NCBI GenBank assembly: GCA_963774015.1
Contig: CAVZDH010000001.1
Location: 1,206,945 to 1,270,944, forward strand
Length of the DNA stretch: 64,000 nt
Direction of reading: 5' to 3'
Source: an uncultured delta proteobacterium
Lineage (GTDB): Bacteria; Desulfobacterota; Binatia; UTPRO1
Shown here: positions 10,696-20,016 of the stretch, piece after piece
How positions within the stretch are numbered: position 1 is the first letter of the stretch
Layout of the letters: each line of letters starts with the position of its first letter
Made by a program: the position numbers and the translations under genes
Notes under the pieces: generated by a model
Seen by the model: only the letters and a program-made list of their open reading frames with translations
The model's database searches: none
Told to the model about the DNA's origin: nothing

Positions 10696-10980
10696 GTGAA
10701 GGCCGAGTTGCTTCAGCGCGACCGCTTGGTCTTCGACGATGGTGCAATTTTGGAGATGATCATTTGGCAGGTGCCCGAGCCGGTCGAAGGCAGCGTGCAT
10801 CCGTACAAGTACCGGCTCTTCTACGGTCGCTCGGGTAGGCGAATCGTGGGCTACGACAACGAACGACCCAAGGGCGATCATCGCCATGTCGGCGGTATCG
10901 AGAGGGCCTACCGGTTCACCGACGTCGCGACGCTGGTTCGCGATTTCCTGGCCGATGTCGCGCGATGGAGGGCGAAATGA
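10696..10980 (+). CDS. TumE-like (DUF6516) putative toxin
   Basis: YKYRLFYGRSGRRIVGYDNERPKGDHRHV resembles the TumE/DUF6516 pattern (..RYDN.PHH..PHHKH). It overlaps the next gene by ATGA. Confidence 0.5.
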   Translation: MKAELLQRDRLVFDDGAILEMIIWQVPEPVEGSVHPYKYRLFYGRSGRRIVGYDNERPKGDHRHVGGIERAYRFTDVATLVRDFLADVARWRAK

Positions 10981-11339
10981 AAAAAGCGACGATCCGAATC
11001 CGCCGCGACAGCGGGGCAGTGCTCGCCGAGATGGGCGCGCGATTCGTTAAGGCATGGAAGTCGGCGAAGGGCGGCGGCGACGTGTTGACGTTCGAGTCGC
11101 CCGCCGCGCTGTTTCGTGCCCTCACGCCCAAGCGCTGGGAGCTGATCGAGCGCCTGCAGAGCCTCGGCCCCTCGAGCGTGCGCGGGCTCGCCCGCGCGCT
11201 CGAGCGCGACGTGAAGCGCGTACACCAGGATGTGGTGGCGTTGACCAAGCTCGGCTTGATCACGCGCGTCGAGGACGGACGCGTGCGCGTGCCCTACGAC
11301 GTGATCCACGCCGACTTCGATCTGCGTTCGGTGGCGTAG
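10977..11339 (+). CDS. HTH transcriptional regulator, TumA-like putative antitoxin
   Basis: It carries a winged-helix segment: RWELIERLQSLGPSSVRGLARALERDVKRVHQDVVALTKLGLITR. It is translationally coupled to the upstream DUF6516 gene. Confidence 0.5.
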   Translation: MKKATIRIRRDSGAVLAEMGARFVKAWKSAKGGGDVLTFESPAALFRALTPKRWELIERLQSLGPSSVRGLARALERDVKRVHQDVVALTKLGLITRVEDGRVRVPYDVIHADFDLRSVA

Positions 11340-11623
11340 CGTGGGCGCTGTGGCAAACGGTATGGGGCCCTTCGCCTACTCGGTTGTCAGTTCCTGGCAG
11401 TCGACCGCGGGCTCACCGTCGGCCCGCGTGCGGCGTGGGAAGAGTCGGCGGCGATCGAGAACTGGGCTCGCCTCGGGATGACCGAGGCGCAGGTGCGGGG
11501 TGTCCTCGAGACGGCCCGGTCCTGACGGGGGACGCGGCTTGCGCGACACGGGCGCGGGAGGTAGCCAGCCTCAGAGGGACTGCGCGGCAAGGCGGGACAC
11601 GTACGTTTCGCCGGGAGCGGCAC

Positions 11624-13411
11624 ATGATCCACGGCACCATTTCCTCGTCGTTCGGTGAGCGGCTCCTGGGCCTGGTCATGGGAGCGGCGATGCTGCTCGC
11701 CGCGACCTCGGCGGGCGCGGCCTACACCGCCGCAGTGAACGGCACCACGCTCGTGGTCACCGGCGACCAGAAGAGCGATCAGCTCGCGCTCCGGCTCGAC
11801 GCCAGCGGAACGAGGCTGATCGTCGACGTGAAGAACGACGGCACGCCCGATTTCACGTTCGATCGTGCGCTGTTCACCGCGGTGACCGTGTCCGCGGGCG
11901 CGGGCAACGACACGGTCATGATCGACGAGAGCGCCGGGGCCTTCACTGACGAGAGCATCGTGATCGACGGCGGGCCCGGCCGCGACACCCTGGTCGGCGG
12001 GTCGGGCGCAGACCTCATCCTCGGCGGCGACGGCGACGATGTCGTCGACGCGAGGCGCGGGAACGACGTCGTTCTGCTCGGCGACGGCGACGACGTCGTC
12101 GTCTGGAATCCGGGTGACGGCAGCGACACGCTCGAGGGTCAGGCCGGCGAGGATCGCCTCGAGTTTCGCGGAGCCAACATTAGCGAGAGCTTCGACGTGT
12201 CCGCCAACGGCGGTCGCGTCCGCTTCCTGCGCAACGTGGCCAACATCGGGATGGACCTCAACGGGATGGAAGAAATCGATCTCGCGGCGCTCGGCGGTGC
12301 AGACGTCGTCGCGGTGAATGATCTCACAGGGACCGACATGAAGCGCGTGCACGTGGATCTCGGGAGCACGGCCGGTGGGGGAGACGGTCAGCCCGATGCC
12401 GTCCTCGTGCAGGGCAGCCCGGGTGCCGACCTCGTGAACGTCGGGGTCGTCGCGGGGAACCTCGAAGTCGGCGGCCTCGCCGCCACGGTGCAGATCGCGA
12501 ACGGCGAGTCCGCGCTGGACCGCGTGACCTACGCGGTCGGGGGGCCCGACGAGGTCGACGTCGTGGGCACGAAGAAGGCCGACACGATCACGATCGGGGC
12601 CTCGCCCGTCCTGGGAGCCGTGCGGACGTCCGTGGACGGCTTTCCGATGCCCGTCGACGTGTCGGGTGGCGGATCGCTCACGGTGCTCGGACTCGGCGGA
12701 AACGACACGATCACTGCTGCGAACGGCATCGCGGCGCTCGGGACCGCGCTCGAGATCGACGGCGGACCAGGGAACGACGTGATCACGGGCGGCGACGGTG
12801 CCGACGTTCTGATCGGTGGTCGCGGTAAGGACATCGTCCGGGGCGCGCGCGGGAACGACGTCCTGCTGCTCGGGAGCGGGTCGGACACCGCCATTTGGGA
12901 TCCAGGGGACGGGAGCGACACGATCGAAGGGGAGGCGGGCGGCAACGACCGCCTCGAGTTCCACGGGGCGAACATCAACGAGATTTTCGACCTTTCGCCC
13001 AATGGGAGCCGCGTCCGTTTCTCACGCAACGTCGCCAACATCACGATGGACCTGGACGGGGTCGAGCAGGTGACCGTTGCGGCTCTCGGCGGCGCCGATC
13101 AGTGTGTCGTGAACGACCTCTCCGGGACCGCCATCAAGGGGGTGACGGTGGAGCTGGAAGCGACCCCGGGCAGCGGAGCGGGCGACGGCCAGGTCGATAC
13201 CGTCGTCGTGAACGGAACGCCCGCAGCGGAAAAGATCAGCATCACCGCTGGTGCGAACGGTGTCGTGCTCGCGCGCAAAGGCGGTGCCGTTCGCATTGCG
13301 CATCCGGAGCCGACCGACACCCTCATGGTGAACGGACTCGGCGGCGGCGACAAATTCAAGGTGACCTCGACGGTTTCGTCCGCCATTGCGGTCACGATCA
13401 ATCCGAACTGA
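11624..13411 (+). CDS. secreted calcium-binding beta-roll (hemolysin/RTX-type GGxGxD repeat) protein with two internally duplicated halves
   Basis: ATG at 11624 followed by the hydrophobic N-terminus GERLLGLVMGAAMLLAATSAGAAYT. Repeated GGSGADLILGGDGDDVVDARRGNDVVLLGDGDD blocks. The two halves align (RLEFRGANISESFDVSANGGRVRFLRNVANIGMDLNG versus RLEFHGANINEIFDLSPNGSRVRFSRNVANITMDLDG). The upstream 190 codons of the ORF are R-rich and non-coding-like. Confidence 0.75.
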   Translation: MIHGTISSSFGERLLGLVMGAAMLLAATSAGAAYTAAVNGTTLVVTGDQKSDQLALRLDASGTRLIVDVKNDGTPDFTFDRALFTAVTVSAGAGNDTVMIDESAGAFTDESIVIDGGPGRDTLVGGSGADLILGGDGDDVVDARRGNDVVLLGDGDDVVVWNPGDGSDTLEGQAGEDRLEFRGANISESFDVSANGGRVRFLRNVANIGMDLNGMEEIDLAALGGADVVAVNDLTGTDMKRVHVDLGSTAGGGDGQPDAVLVQGSPGADLVNVGVVAGNLEVGGLAATVQIANGESALDRVTYAVGGPDEVDVVGTKKADTITIGASPVLGAVRTSVDGFPMPVDVSGGGSLTVLGLGGNDTITAANGIAALGTALEIDGGPGNDVITGGDGADVLIGGRGKDIVRGARGNDVLLLGSGSDTAIWDPGDGSDTIEGEAGGNDRLEFHGANINEIFDLSPNGSRVRFSRNVANITMDLDGVEQVTVAALGGADQCVVNDLSGTAIKGVTVELEATPGSGAGDGQVDTVVVNGTPAAEKISITAGANGVVLARKGGAVRIAHPEPTDTLMVNGLGGGDKFKVTSTVSSAIAVTINPN

Positions 13412-13582
13412 CCGGCGCCTGGGCGCTCAGCGGCCCGCTTTCGGCGGCCACCACGATCAGATCCGCCGCCCGCTCGGGCGCGAGCACGTCGGTATTGATC
13501 ACGAGGTCGTAGTGGGTCGGCTGCTCTTCGGCGAGGTCGTGACGGTGGACCTATATGCAGCGGCCTGAGCTTGCCCCTTCCG

Positions 13583-13964
13583 TCAGTTCACCGGCGCGCA
13601 CTCGTCGACGCGACTCTCCCAGTCGAACGGCTCGCCCTCGTCCTGTGCCCACCGCTCGGAGGACGAGATGAGGATCCGCCCGTTGCGATCGACGTAATGC
13701 GTCCCGGTGTTCGTGAAGCTCGTCCCACCCGCGGGGAAGAAGAAGGAGGTCGGCACCATGGTCTCGCTCGTGAGCGTGACGGTGTCGCCGAGCGTGATGC
13801 TCCAGACGTGGACGTAGTCGTCGCCGACGCCGTCGTTGTCGGGGCTGTTGTAGACCAGGACGTTCCAGAAGTTCGTGGCGTTCGTGACGTATCGCAAGAG
13901 CTGCGCCTGCGAGCCGAGATCGCCCGTGAGCTTGAAGTACGGGAGCGCCCGGAAGCCCCGACGT
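13583..13964 (-). pseudogene. C-terminal fragment of an unknown protein, abutting the IS66 remnant
   Basis: ORF with a TTG pseudo-start. Its frame extends upstream (..GFRALPYFKLTGDLGSQAQLLRYVTNATNFW..) straight into the truncated TnpB. Composition is coding-like. Confidence 0.3.
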
Positions 13965-14506
13965 TCATCGGACCTTCGCGCGCCGACGCGTGCGATTCAC
14001 GAAGAGATAGCAGTCGCCCGAAAGCGGATCGCGCTGGAGCTGCGCCGTGACGAGCGCCTGCAAACCGTCGAAGCCTTTGCGCAGATCGGCCGGCGCCGGA
14101 TACGCCCACACCCGCAGCGTCCGCGTGCTGCCAATCCCGCGAGCTGCGCGAGCAGCGCCGGGATGTCCGCCACCTGGAGCCCCTCGATGCGGACTCCATT
14201 CGGGAGTGCGACGACGAGACCCGCCGCGGGCAGTGCCACGACCGCCGCTGCACGCACGGCGACGGGCCGCAGCCGGGACGGAGCTGTCTGCGCGCGGGCC
14301 CAGCTCGTGATCGCGCCGACGGAGAAGCCGACCTCGCGCGCGATCGTCGGCCAGCCGGCCCCCGCGGCCTGCCGCGCCCGCGCGTAGTCCACGATCGTCG
14401 CCCGGATCGCGTCCGGCACCCGACTCGTCACGCCACGCGGGCCCAATGCCGCCACCTGCTGCCGAATCCGCCCCCTCGCTGCGCTCGTGTCGCCCATCGC
14501 CGCCAC
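13965..14506 (-). mobile_element. IS66-family remnant: orf1 (TnpA-like) plus 5'-truncated orf2 (TnpB). The orf3 transposase is missing.
   Basis: ..GVRIEGLQVADIPALLAQLAGL (IS66 orf1 C-terminus). ..LRVWAYPAPADLRKGFDGLQALVTAQLQRDPLSGDCYLFVNRTRRRAKV (IS66 TnpB N-terminus), which ends after ~50 aa. Confidence 0.65.
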
Positions 14507-14568
14507 CTCCGTAGCGACCGGCGTAGCGCAGGCATGTCAGCAATCACCAGACGGGGCGCGGCGAGCAG

Positions 14569-14750
14569 TTACCCTTTAGGTATTTCGAGGGTAACCTGAT
14601 AGCCCAGGTCGGTGAGACGGCGGGGGTGATACGCGAGCAGATGATCGTGGCGGACGCGATGGAAGTGATCGGGGCCGAGATCGCGGAAGGGCACATCGTC
14701 GCGGAGCACATGGTAGACGGCGACGAGCAGGCTGTGCGCGACGGCGACGC
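14569..14750 (-). mobile_element. IS110-family transposase C-terminal fragment
   Basis: ..VAVAHSLLVAVYHVLRDDVPFRDLGPDHFHR..RLTDLGYQVTLE matches the IS110 C-terminal signature (..KLLVIAYHML..LGYQVTLEP). Confidence 0.5.
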
Positions 14751-14939
14751 CCCGCACGACGAGCCGGCGTCGCGGGGCGTCTTCGAGTCGGCTCGCGGCG
14801 CAGGTCACGCACGCGGGATTTCGCGTCGAGCGGCAACGCCGCGTCTTTCGCATCCCTGGGGTTCCTGCTGCCGCCGGCGCTCGCGGTCGCGCGGCGTCCG
14901 TACTCGCGACGAGTAGAGCTTCAATGGCGCGTCGCGGCC

Positions 14940-15524
14940 GTGCTAAAGCCCGAGGTCATGAAGACCAAACGGAAGCCCGTCACGTATGACGATCTGATGC
15001 GTGTGCCCGAGCACTTCGTCGCGGAAATCGTCGATGGCGAGCTTTTCACCTCGCCACGCCCGGCGACGCCGCACGCCCGTGCCGCGCTCCAAGTCGGACG
15101 CGATCTGGGTGGCTTCGACGGTCCGCCGGGCGATGACGACGCCGCCGGCGGATGGTGGATTCTCATCGAGCCGGAGCTGCACTTCGGTGCCGACGTGCTG
15201 GTCCCCGATCTCGCGGGGTGGCGGCGCGAGCGGCTCCCGAAGATCCCGAACGCGCCCGCCCTGACCCTCGCGCCCGACTGGGTCTGCGAGGTGCTTTCGC
15301 CGAGCACCATGCGCCTCGACCGCGCCCGCAAGATGCACGTCTACGCGCGCGAAGGGGTTGCGCATCTCTGGCTCCTCGACCCGCTCGCCCGCCTGCTCGA
15401 AACGTATCGCCTCGACGGCGAGCACTGGGTCGTCGCTGCGACGTTCGAGGGCGACGACGCGATCCGCGCCGAACCGTTCGACGCGCTGCCGCTCACGATG
15501 CGGCGCTGGTGGCTCGAAACGTAA
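14940..15524 (+). CDS. Uma2-family (DUF820) endonuclease
   Basis: ..PDWVCEVLSPST..D..KMHVYAREGVAHLWLLDP..LETYRL is the Uma2 hallmark. Confidence 0.8.
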   Translation: MLKPEVMKTKRKPVTYDDLMRVPEHFVAEIVDGELFTSPRPATPHARAALQVGRDLGGFDGPPGDDDAAGGWWILIEPELHFGADVLVPDLAGWRRERLPKIPNAPALTLAPDWVCEVLSPSTMRLDRARKMHVYAREGVAHLWLLDPLARLLETYRLDGEHWVVAATFEGDDAIRAEPFDALPLTMRRWWLET

Positions 15525-15678
15525 ACACCTCAGCGGGGCGTTCAGCTCGATTCGAGCCGCAGCCGTCGGTCCCCACGCTCAGGATCGGCCGTACGCACGG
15601 CGCGGATCTATCCCAGCACGGGCCACCCAGGTTACCATCGCCGGGTCGTGCCTCGCGATCAGCCGCGCATGCCCGCCG

Positions 15679-16635
15679 TCACGCCGCCGGAGCCGCCGCA
15701 GAGTCGTACGTCGGCCGCAGCTCGGGGTCGCCCCAGCGCTCCAGATAGTCACGCCGGAGGCCGAGGCAGCTGCCGTGCTGATAGCGGCAGCCGTTGCACT
15801 TCTCGGCATAGGTGTTCGGCGAGATCTTCGACTCCCAGAGCGCGAACGTCGCACGCGGCGTCACGACGAGCACCTTGTCCTCGCGCAGGTCGGCGACGTG
15901 GTCCTCGTACCCCGGGAGCATGCAGCGCGGGATGTGCCGCGACCGCACGGTGACGCCGAGGCGCCTGCCACGTTCGAACGCGGCGACGATGCCGTCACGC
16001 ATCTCCGACACCGTCGGCAGCGATTCGAGGTTGTCGCGGTTGCGGTCGCTCAACGACACGAGCCAGAGGTTGAAGGTGTCGATGCCGAAACCAGCCCAGT
16101 GCTCGACGATGTCGCCGAGGTGCATCCACGTGTCGTGCTTGATGATGAGATCGCCGATCGGGGTGCGGCCGCGCGCCTTCAGGTTACGCACTCCTCGGGT
16201 CACGAGCGACAGCGCGTCCGGCCGGCCCATGATGCGCGCGTAGAGCTCGTCGGTGTGCGCCATGAACGAGATGTGGAAGTCGGTGACGCCGGCGTCGCAA
16301 GCGTCTGCGGTGAAGGACTCGTAGGAGTACATCAGCCCGTTCGAGGGAATCTTGATCGACCGCCAGCCGCGGTCGCGGCACCAGCGGACGAGCGGGAGGA
16401 GGTCGCGGCGGATGGTCGGCTCGCCGCCGCCGAAGGCGACCTTCACGGCGCCGCGGCGGCGGGCCTCGGCGAGCGCCGCCATGACCGGCGCGGTCGCCAT
16501 GTTCTCCCTCCGCATCGCGTCGGTGATCGAGCAGTAGTCGCACTGCACGTTGCAGGCGTAGCCGATCATCACGTCGACCAGGACGTCGGCGTACTCGAAC
16601 CACTCCTCGCCGAGCTTGACGACGGTTGCGCTCAT
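15679..16635 (-). CDS. radical SAM / SPASM-domain protein (peptide-modifying type)
   Basis: GYACNVQCDYC (CxxxCxxC). FGGGEPTIR (SAM-binding glycine motif). C-terminal Cys cluster CNGCRYQHGSC. ATGA overlap with the upstream gene. Confidence 0.85.
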   Translation of the reverse strand: MSATVVKLGEEWFEYADVLVDVMIGYACNVQCDYCSITDAMRRENMATAPVMAALAEARRRGAVKVAFGGGEPTIRRDLLPLVRWCRDRGWRSIKIPSNGLMYSYESFTADACDAGVTDFHISFMAHTDELYARIMGRPDALSLVTRGVRNLKARGRTPIGDLIIKHDTWMHLGDIVEHWAGFGIDTFNLWLVSLSDRNRDNLESLPTVSEMRDGIVAAFERGRRLGVTVRSRHIPRCMLPGYEDHVADLREDKVLVVTPRATFALWESKISPNTYAEKCNGCRYQHGSCLGLRRDYLERWGDPELRPTYDSAAAPAA

Positions 16636-18965
16636 GCCATCGCCACCACCGGGCGGGCACGCTCGACGCGCATGTCGGGCTTGTCCTGGAGGAACACCTG
16701 GAACCCCTCGCACACCGTGGTCCACGGGCACTCCGCGCAGACCTCCCGCTTTTCGCGGCGCGCTCCGAGCCACTCGTAGAGGTTCACTTGCTCGGGAAAG
16801 CGGGGGTCGGCGGCGAAGACCATGGTGCGGCCCATCTTCTGCAGGTCGCCGACGACGTAGCGTTCGTAGCCCGGAAAGACGCAGAACTGCGCGTTGATGA
16901 CGTAGATCTGGATCTCGTCCGCATAGCGGTCGATGACGCGCATCACCGCGTTCGCCGCCTCCTCGAGCGGCGGCACCACGTCCTCCCAGGCCCGCCCGAA
17001 CGGGGTGGTGAACTGGAAGTTGATCTTGGAGAACCCCTTCGCCACCGCCAGCGCGGTGAGCGCCATGAGGTGCGCGACGTTGGCGCGCACGATCGTGACG
17101 TTGAGGCCGGTCTCCAGGTGCGCGGGCCCGCGCGCGCCGAGCGCGCTGCGCAGCTCCATGACGTTGTCGATGCCGGCGACCGTCTCCGCGAAGCTGCCGG
17201 GCGAGTCGGTGGCCGCTTCGTGCACCTCGGCGGTGGCGCCGTGCAGCGAGATCAGGAGGTGCGAGATGCCGCTGCCGACGACGCGCTCGGCGAGCGCCCG
17301 GTCGCGCAACAGGCGGCCGTTGGTCGTCAGGTTGATCGAGCGATAGCCGAGCTCGCGGGCGAGGCCGATGGCGTCCGTGAGGCGCGGGTGCGTCGTCGGC
17401 TCGCCGCCGTCGATGTCGAGCTGGTCGGTCCCTTCGTCGCGGTGCTGCCGCAGGATCTCCTCGATCTTGTCCCACCCGAGCGCGGCCGACACGCGGTCGC
17501 CGGTGGCGCAGAACACGCACCGGTTGGCGCACTTGTAGGTGATGTTCATGATGAGCTTCTGCGCCGCGCGGGCCGCGATTTTCATGTCGAACGCGGCGCG
17601 CGCCTTCTCGAGGTACCCCGGAGGGCAGCCGGGCGGGTCGAAGCAGGGGCGGTGCTGGAAGAGCGCCCCGTCCTTGAGATCGATGCCCCCGGGCGGGATG
17701 AGTCCCATGGACACGCACTCGTCGTGGAGCGCGGTGCCGAGGATCGGGGTCGCGAACTGCATCGACGGCCACGCCCGGTAGCGGTCGTAGAGCTCCCACG
17801 CCATCTCGAGCGTGCCGGTCACGTGCGCCGGCGTCTCCCAGGGAAAGCCGATGATGTAGTGGCTCATGAGCGGCACGTCGATCTCGCGGCACCACTCCGC
17901 GACGCGACGAATGGCCTCCAGCGGCTGGCCCTTGCCGATGGGTCCGTTCAGATCTTCCTGCGTCGCGCTCTCCGCCGAGATGCTGAGCATGCCGACGCGC
18001 CCCTTCATGAGCGCGATCGCTTCGCGGCTCAGGTGATCCGCGCGCATGCCGTTCGGGAAGTCATAGGTGAAGTCGAGCTCGTTCAGCATGCGGAGCATCG
18101 CCTCGAAGTCCGTCCGGACGTTCACCATCTCGTCCAGGACGATCAGCTTTGTCGCGCCGAATACGGTCTTGAGGAGATATGCCCAGTGCGTGAGGCGGGG
18201 CAGGGGGATCGGCCGGTAGAGCTTGCGTCCCGTCCGTCGCCAGCCCGGGTTGCTGGTGCAGAAGATGCAGCGATGCGGGCAGCCGATGCTGGTGACGAAC
18301 GAGCGCGTCCCGGTGCCGACGCCGAACGTGTTCTGCCATGTCCCGTCGCCGAAGCAGCGCTCGAGGAAGCGATCGAAGTTGCCGACGTCGATGCCGTCGA
18401 GGAAGTAGAACGGCTCGAGCGGGTCGGCGCCGCGCCCCTCCGAGCCGCGCAGCACGACGCGCGCATCGCCAAGGCTCGCGAGATATTCGGGCTCGGCGAA
18501 GAGACGCTCGCCGGGATACTTCAGGATCGCGTCGAGCTCCGGATATTGCGCCAGCGCCTGGTCGGCGTCGTAGTCGGCGTAGTGCTGGCCGCCCACGTAG
18601 CCGTCGGCGAGTAGCAGGACGGAGCGCGGAAATCGCGCCCGGAGCGCCGCGATCAAGGCACGCGTCTCGGCATGGGCGTTCTCGATGCGGAGGAAGACGG
18701 GACCGCCGAGGACCACGACGTCGTACCTGCCGCGGGGGAGCGACGCGATGAAGTCGTCGTGGCCGACGCCGAGCACCCATCCACCGGCGGCCCGGCGGTG
18801 GCGACCCGAGTCGGGCAACGCGAACGCGTCGTGCACCGTGACCTCGGCGCCCGACCGCGCCGCCAGCCCGGCACACGCGAGCAACCCGTGATTGGCGAAG
18901 AACGGGTAGTCGATGAAGTCGTCCTCGAGGACGAGCGGCGGATTGATGAAGAGGAAACGGGACAT
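16632..18965 (-). CDS. B12-binding (class B) radical SAM domain fused to a second radical SAM/SPASM-like domain (777 aa)
   Basis: N-terminal LFINPP..GLLACAGLAARSGAEVTVHD (cobalamin-binding fold), then CPHRCIFCTS, then a second core YKCANRCVFCATGD with DIDGGEPT, and a C-terminal CAECPWTTVCEGF. It is one continuous ORF. Confidence 0.8.
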   Translation of the reverse strand: MSRFLFINPPLVLEDDFIDYPFFANHGLLACAGLAARSGAEVTVHDAFALPDSGRHRRAAGGWVLGVGHDDFIASLPRGRYDVVVLGGPVFLRIENAHAETRALIAALRARFPRSVLLLADGYVGGQHYADYDADQALAQYPELDAILKYPGERLFAEPEYLASLGDARVVLRGSEGRGADPLEPFYFLDGIDVGNFDRFLERCFGDGTWQNTFGVGTGTRSFVTSIGCPHRCIFCTSNPGWRRTGRKLYRPIPLPRLTHWAYLLKTVFGATKLIVLDEMVNVRTDFEAMLRMLNELDFTYDFPNGMRADHLSREAIALMKGRVGMLSISAESATQEDLNGPIGKGQPLEAIRRVAEWCREIDVPLMSHYIIGFPWETPAHVTGTLEMAWELYDRYRAWPSMQFATPILGTALHDECVSMGLIPPGGIDLKDGALFQHRPCFDPPGCPPGYLEKARAAFDMKIAARAAQKLIMNITYKCANRCVFCATGDRVSAALGWDKIEEILRQHRDEGTDQLDIDGGEPTTHPRLTDAIGLARELGYRSINLTTNGRLLRDRALAERVVGSGISHLLISLHGATAEVHEAATDSPGSFAETVAGIDNVMELRSALGARGPAHLETGLNVTIVRANVAHLMALTALAVAKGFSKINFQFTTPFGRAWEDVVPPLEEAANAVMRVIDRYADEIQIYVINAQFCVFPGYERYVVGDLQKMGRTMVFAADPRFPEQVNLYEWLGARREKREVCAECPWTTVCEGFQVFLQDKPDMRVERARPVVAMA

Positions 18966-18969
18966 TGCG

Positions 18970-20007
18970 CTACAGGGGGCGCTCCATCGCCTGCTGCCGG
19001 CGCTCGAGCGACGGCTGCTCGGTCAGGGAGCGGCGACCGCCTCGTGCCATGAGCCGCGCCATGAGCTCCGGCGACGGGTTGCGTCTCAGCACTTTCGCGA
19101 TCACCGGGGTGGGGTCGTCGAAGATCGGCGAGAGCTCGCGCTCGTCGTAGCTCTTCGCCATCGAGAACATGCCCGCACAGATCGGGTCGAAGCGGCACGC
19201 CTGACAAGCGTCACCCTTGCCGTGGAGGAACTCCTTCTGGTGGATGAAGCCCTTGAAGTCGAGGAAGCGAATGCAGCGCTCCTCCTCCTTGATGATCTTG
19301 CGCGCTTCCGTCGAGGCCCACGCGTAGCGCCGCATGTAGCAGAGCGGCACGCGCTCGGCGCGAAAGCTCCGCCCCGTGCTCACGAGGTAGTCCATCGCCT
19401 TCTCGAGCGACACCTGGAACTCGTAGTGCCGCGGGATGCAGTCGGGATTCTCCTCGGCGCGATTGCCGTCGGGGTCCATGTTGTTCCAGACGAAGTGGCG
19501 GATGAACGGGAAGTTCTCGCAGATCCAGCGGACGTTCTCGTGGAGATGGTCGGCGTTCCAGACGTTGATGACGGTGTTGATGTCGGAAGTGATGCCCATC
19601 TCCGGGACGTGCTCCAGGCAGCGGACCAGCACGTCCCACGCCCCGCGATACTGCGTGATGAAGTCGTGGACCTCGCGCCGGTAGCTGTGGAGCGAAACGT
19701 GGATGTGGGTCAGGCCGGCATCGACGCAGCGCTTGAAGAAATCCTTGTCGGCGAGCTTCTGCCCGTTGGTGATCATGCGGCTGAAGAGCTTCCGCTCGCG
19801 TGCGTACGCGAGCGCGGGGAGCAGGAGCTCGGAGGTGCTCGGCTCCCCACCGGTCAGGATCACGCCGTCGTAGCCCATCTCGACGAGCTTATCGATGTTG
19901 CGGCGCATCTCGGGCTCGTCGAGATGCACGCCGGTCGGCGGGTTACTGCAGAAGTGGCACTTTTGGTAGCAGTTCCGCGTGAGCTGAAGGTAGCCGAGGT
20001 TTGCCAT
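18970..20007 (-). CDS. radical SAM / SPASM-like protein
   Basis: LTRNCYQKCHFCSNP. LTGGEPS. C-terminal CYMRRYAW..CIRFLD..GDACQACRFDPICAG. Confidence 0.85.
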   Translation of the reverse strand: MANLGYLQLTRNCYQKCHFCSNPPTGVHLDEPEMRRNIDKLVEMGYDGVILTGGEPSTSELLLPALAYARERKLFSRMITNGQKLADKDFFKRCVDAGLTHIHVSLHSYRREVHDFITQYRGAWDVLVRCLEHVPEMGITSDINTVINVWNADHLHENVRWICENFPFIRHFVWNNMDPDGNRAEENPDCIPRHYEFQVSLEKAMDYLVSTGRSFRAERVPLCYMRRYAWASTEARKIIKEEERCIRFLDFKGFIHQKEFLHGKGDACQACRFDPICAGMFSMAKSYDERELSPIFDDPTPVIAKVLRRNPSPELMARLMARGGRRSLTEQPSLERRQQAMERPL

Positions 20008-20016
20008 CGCCGGTCG

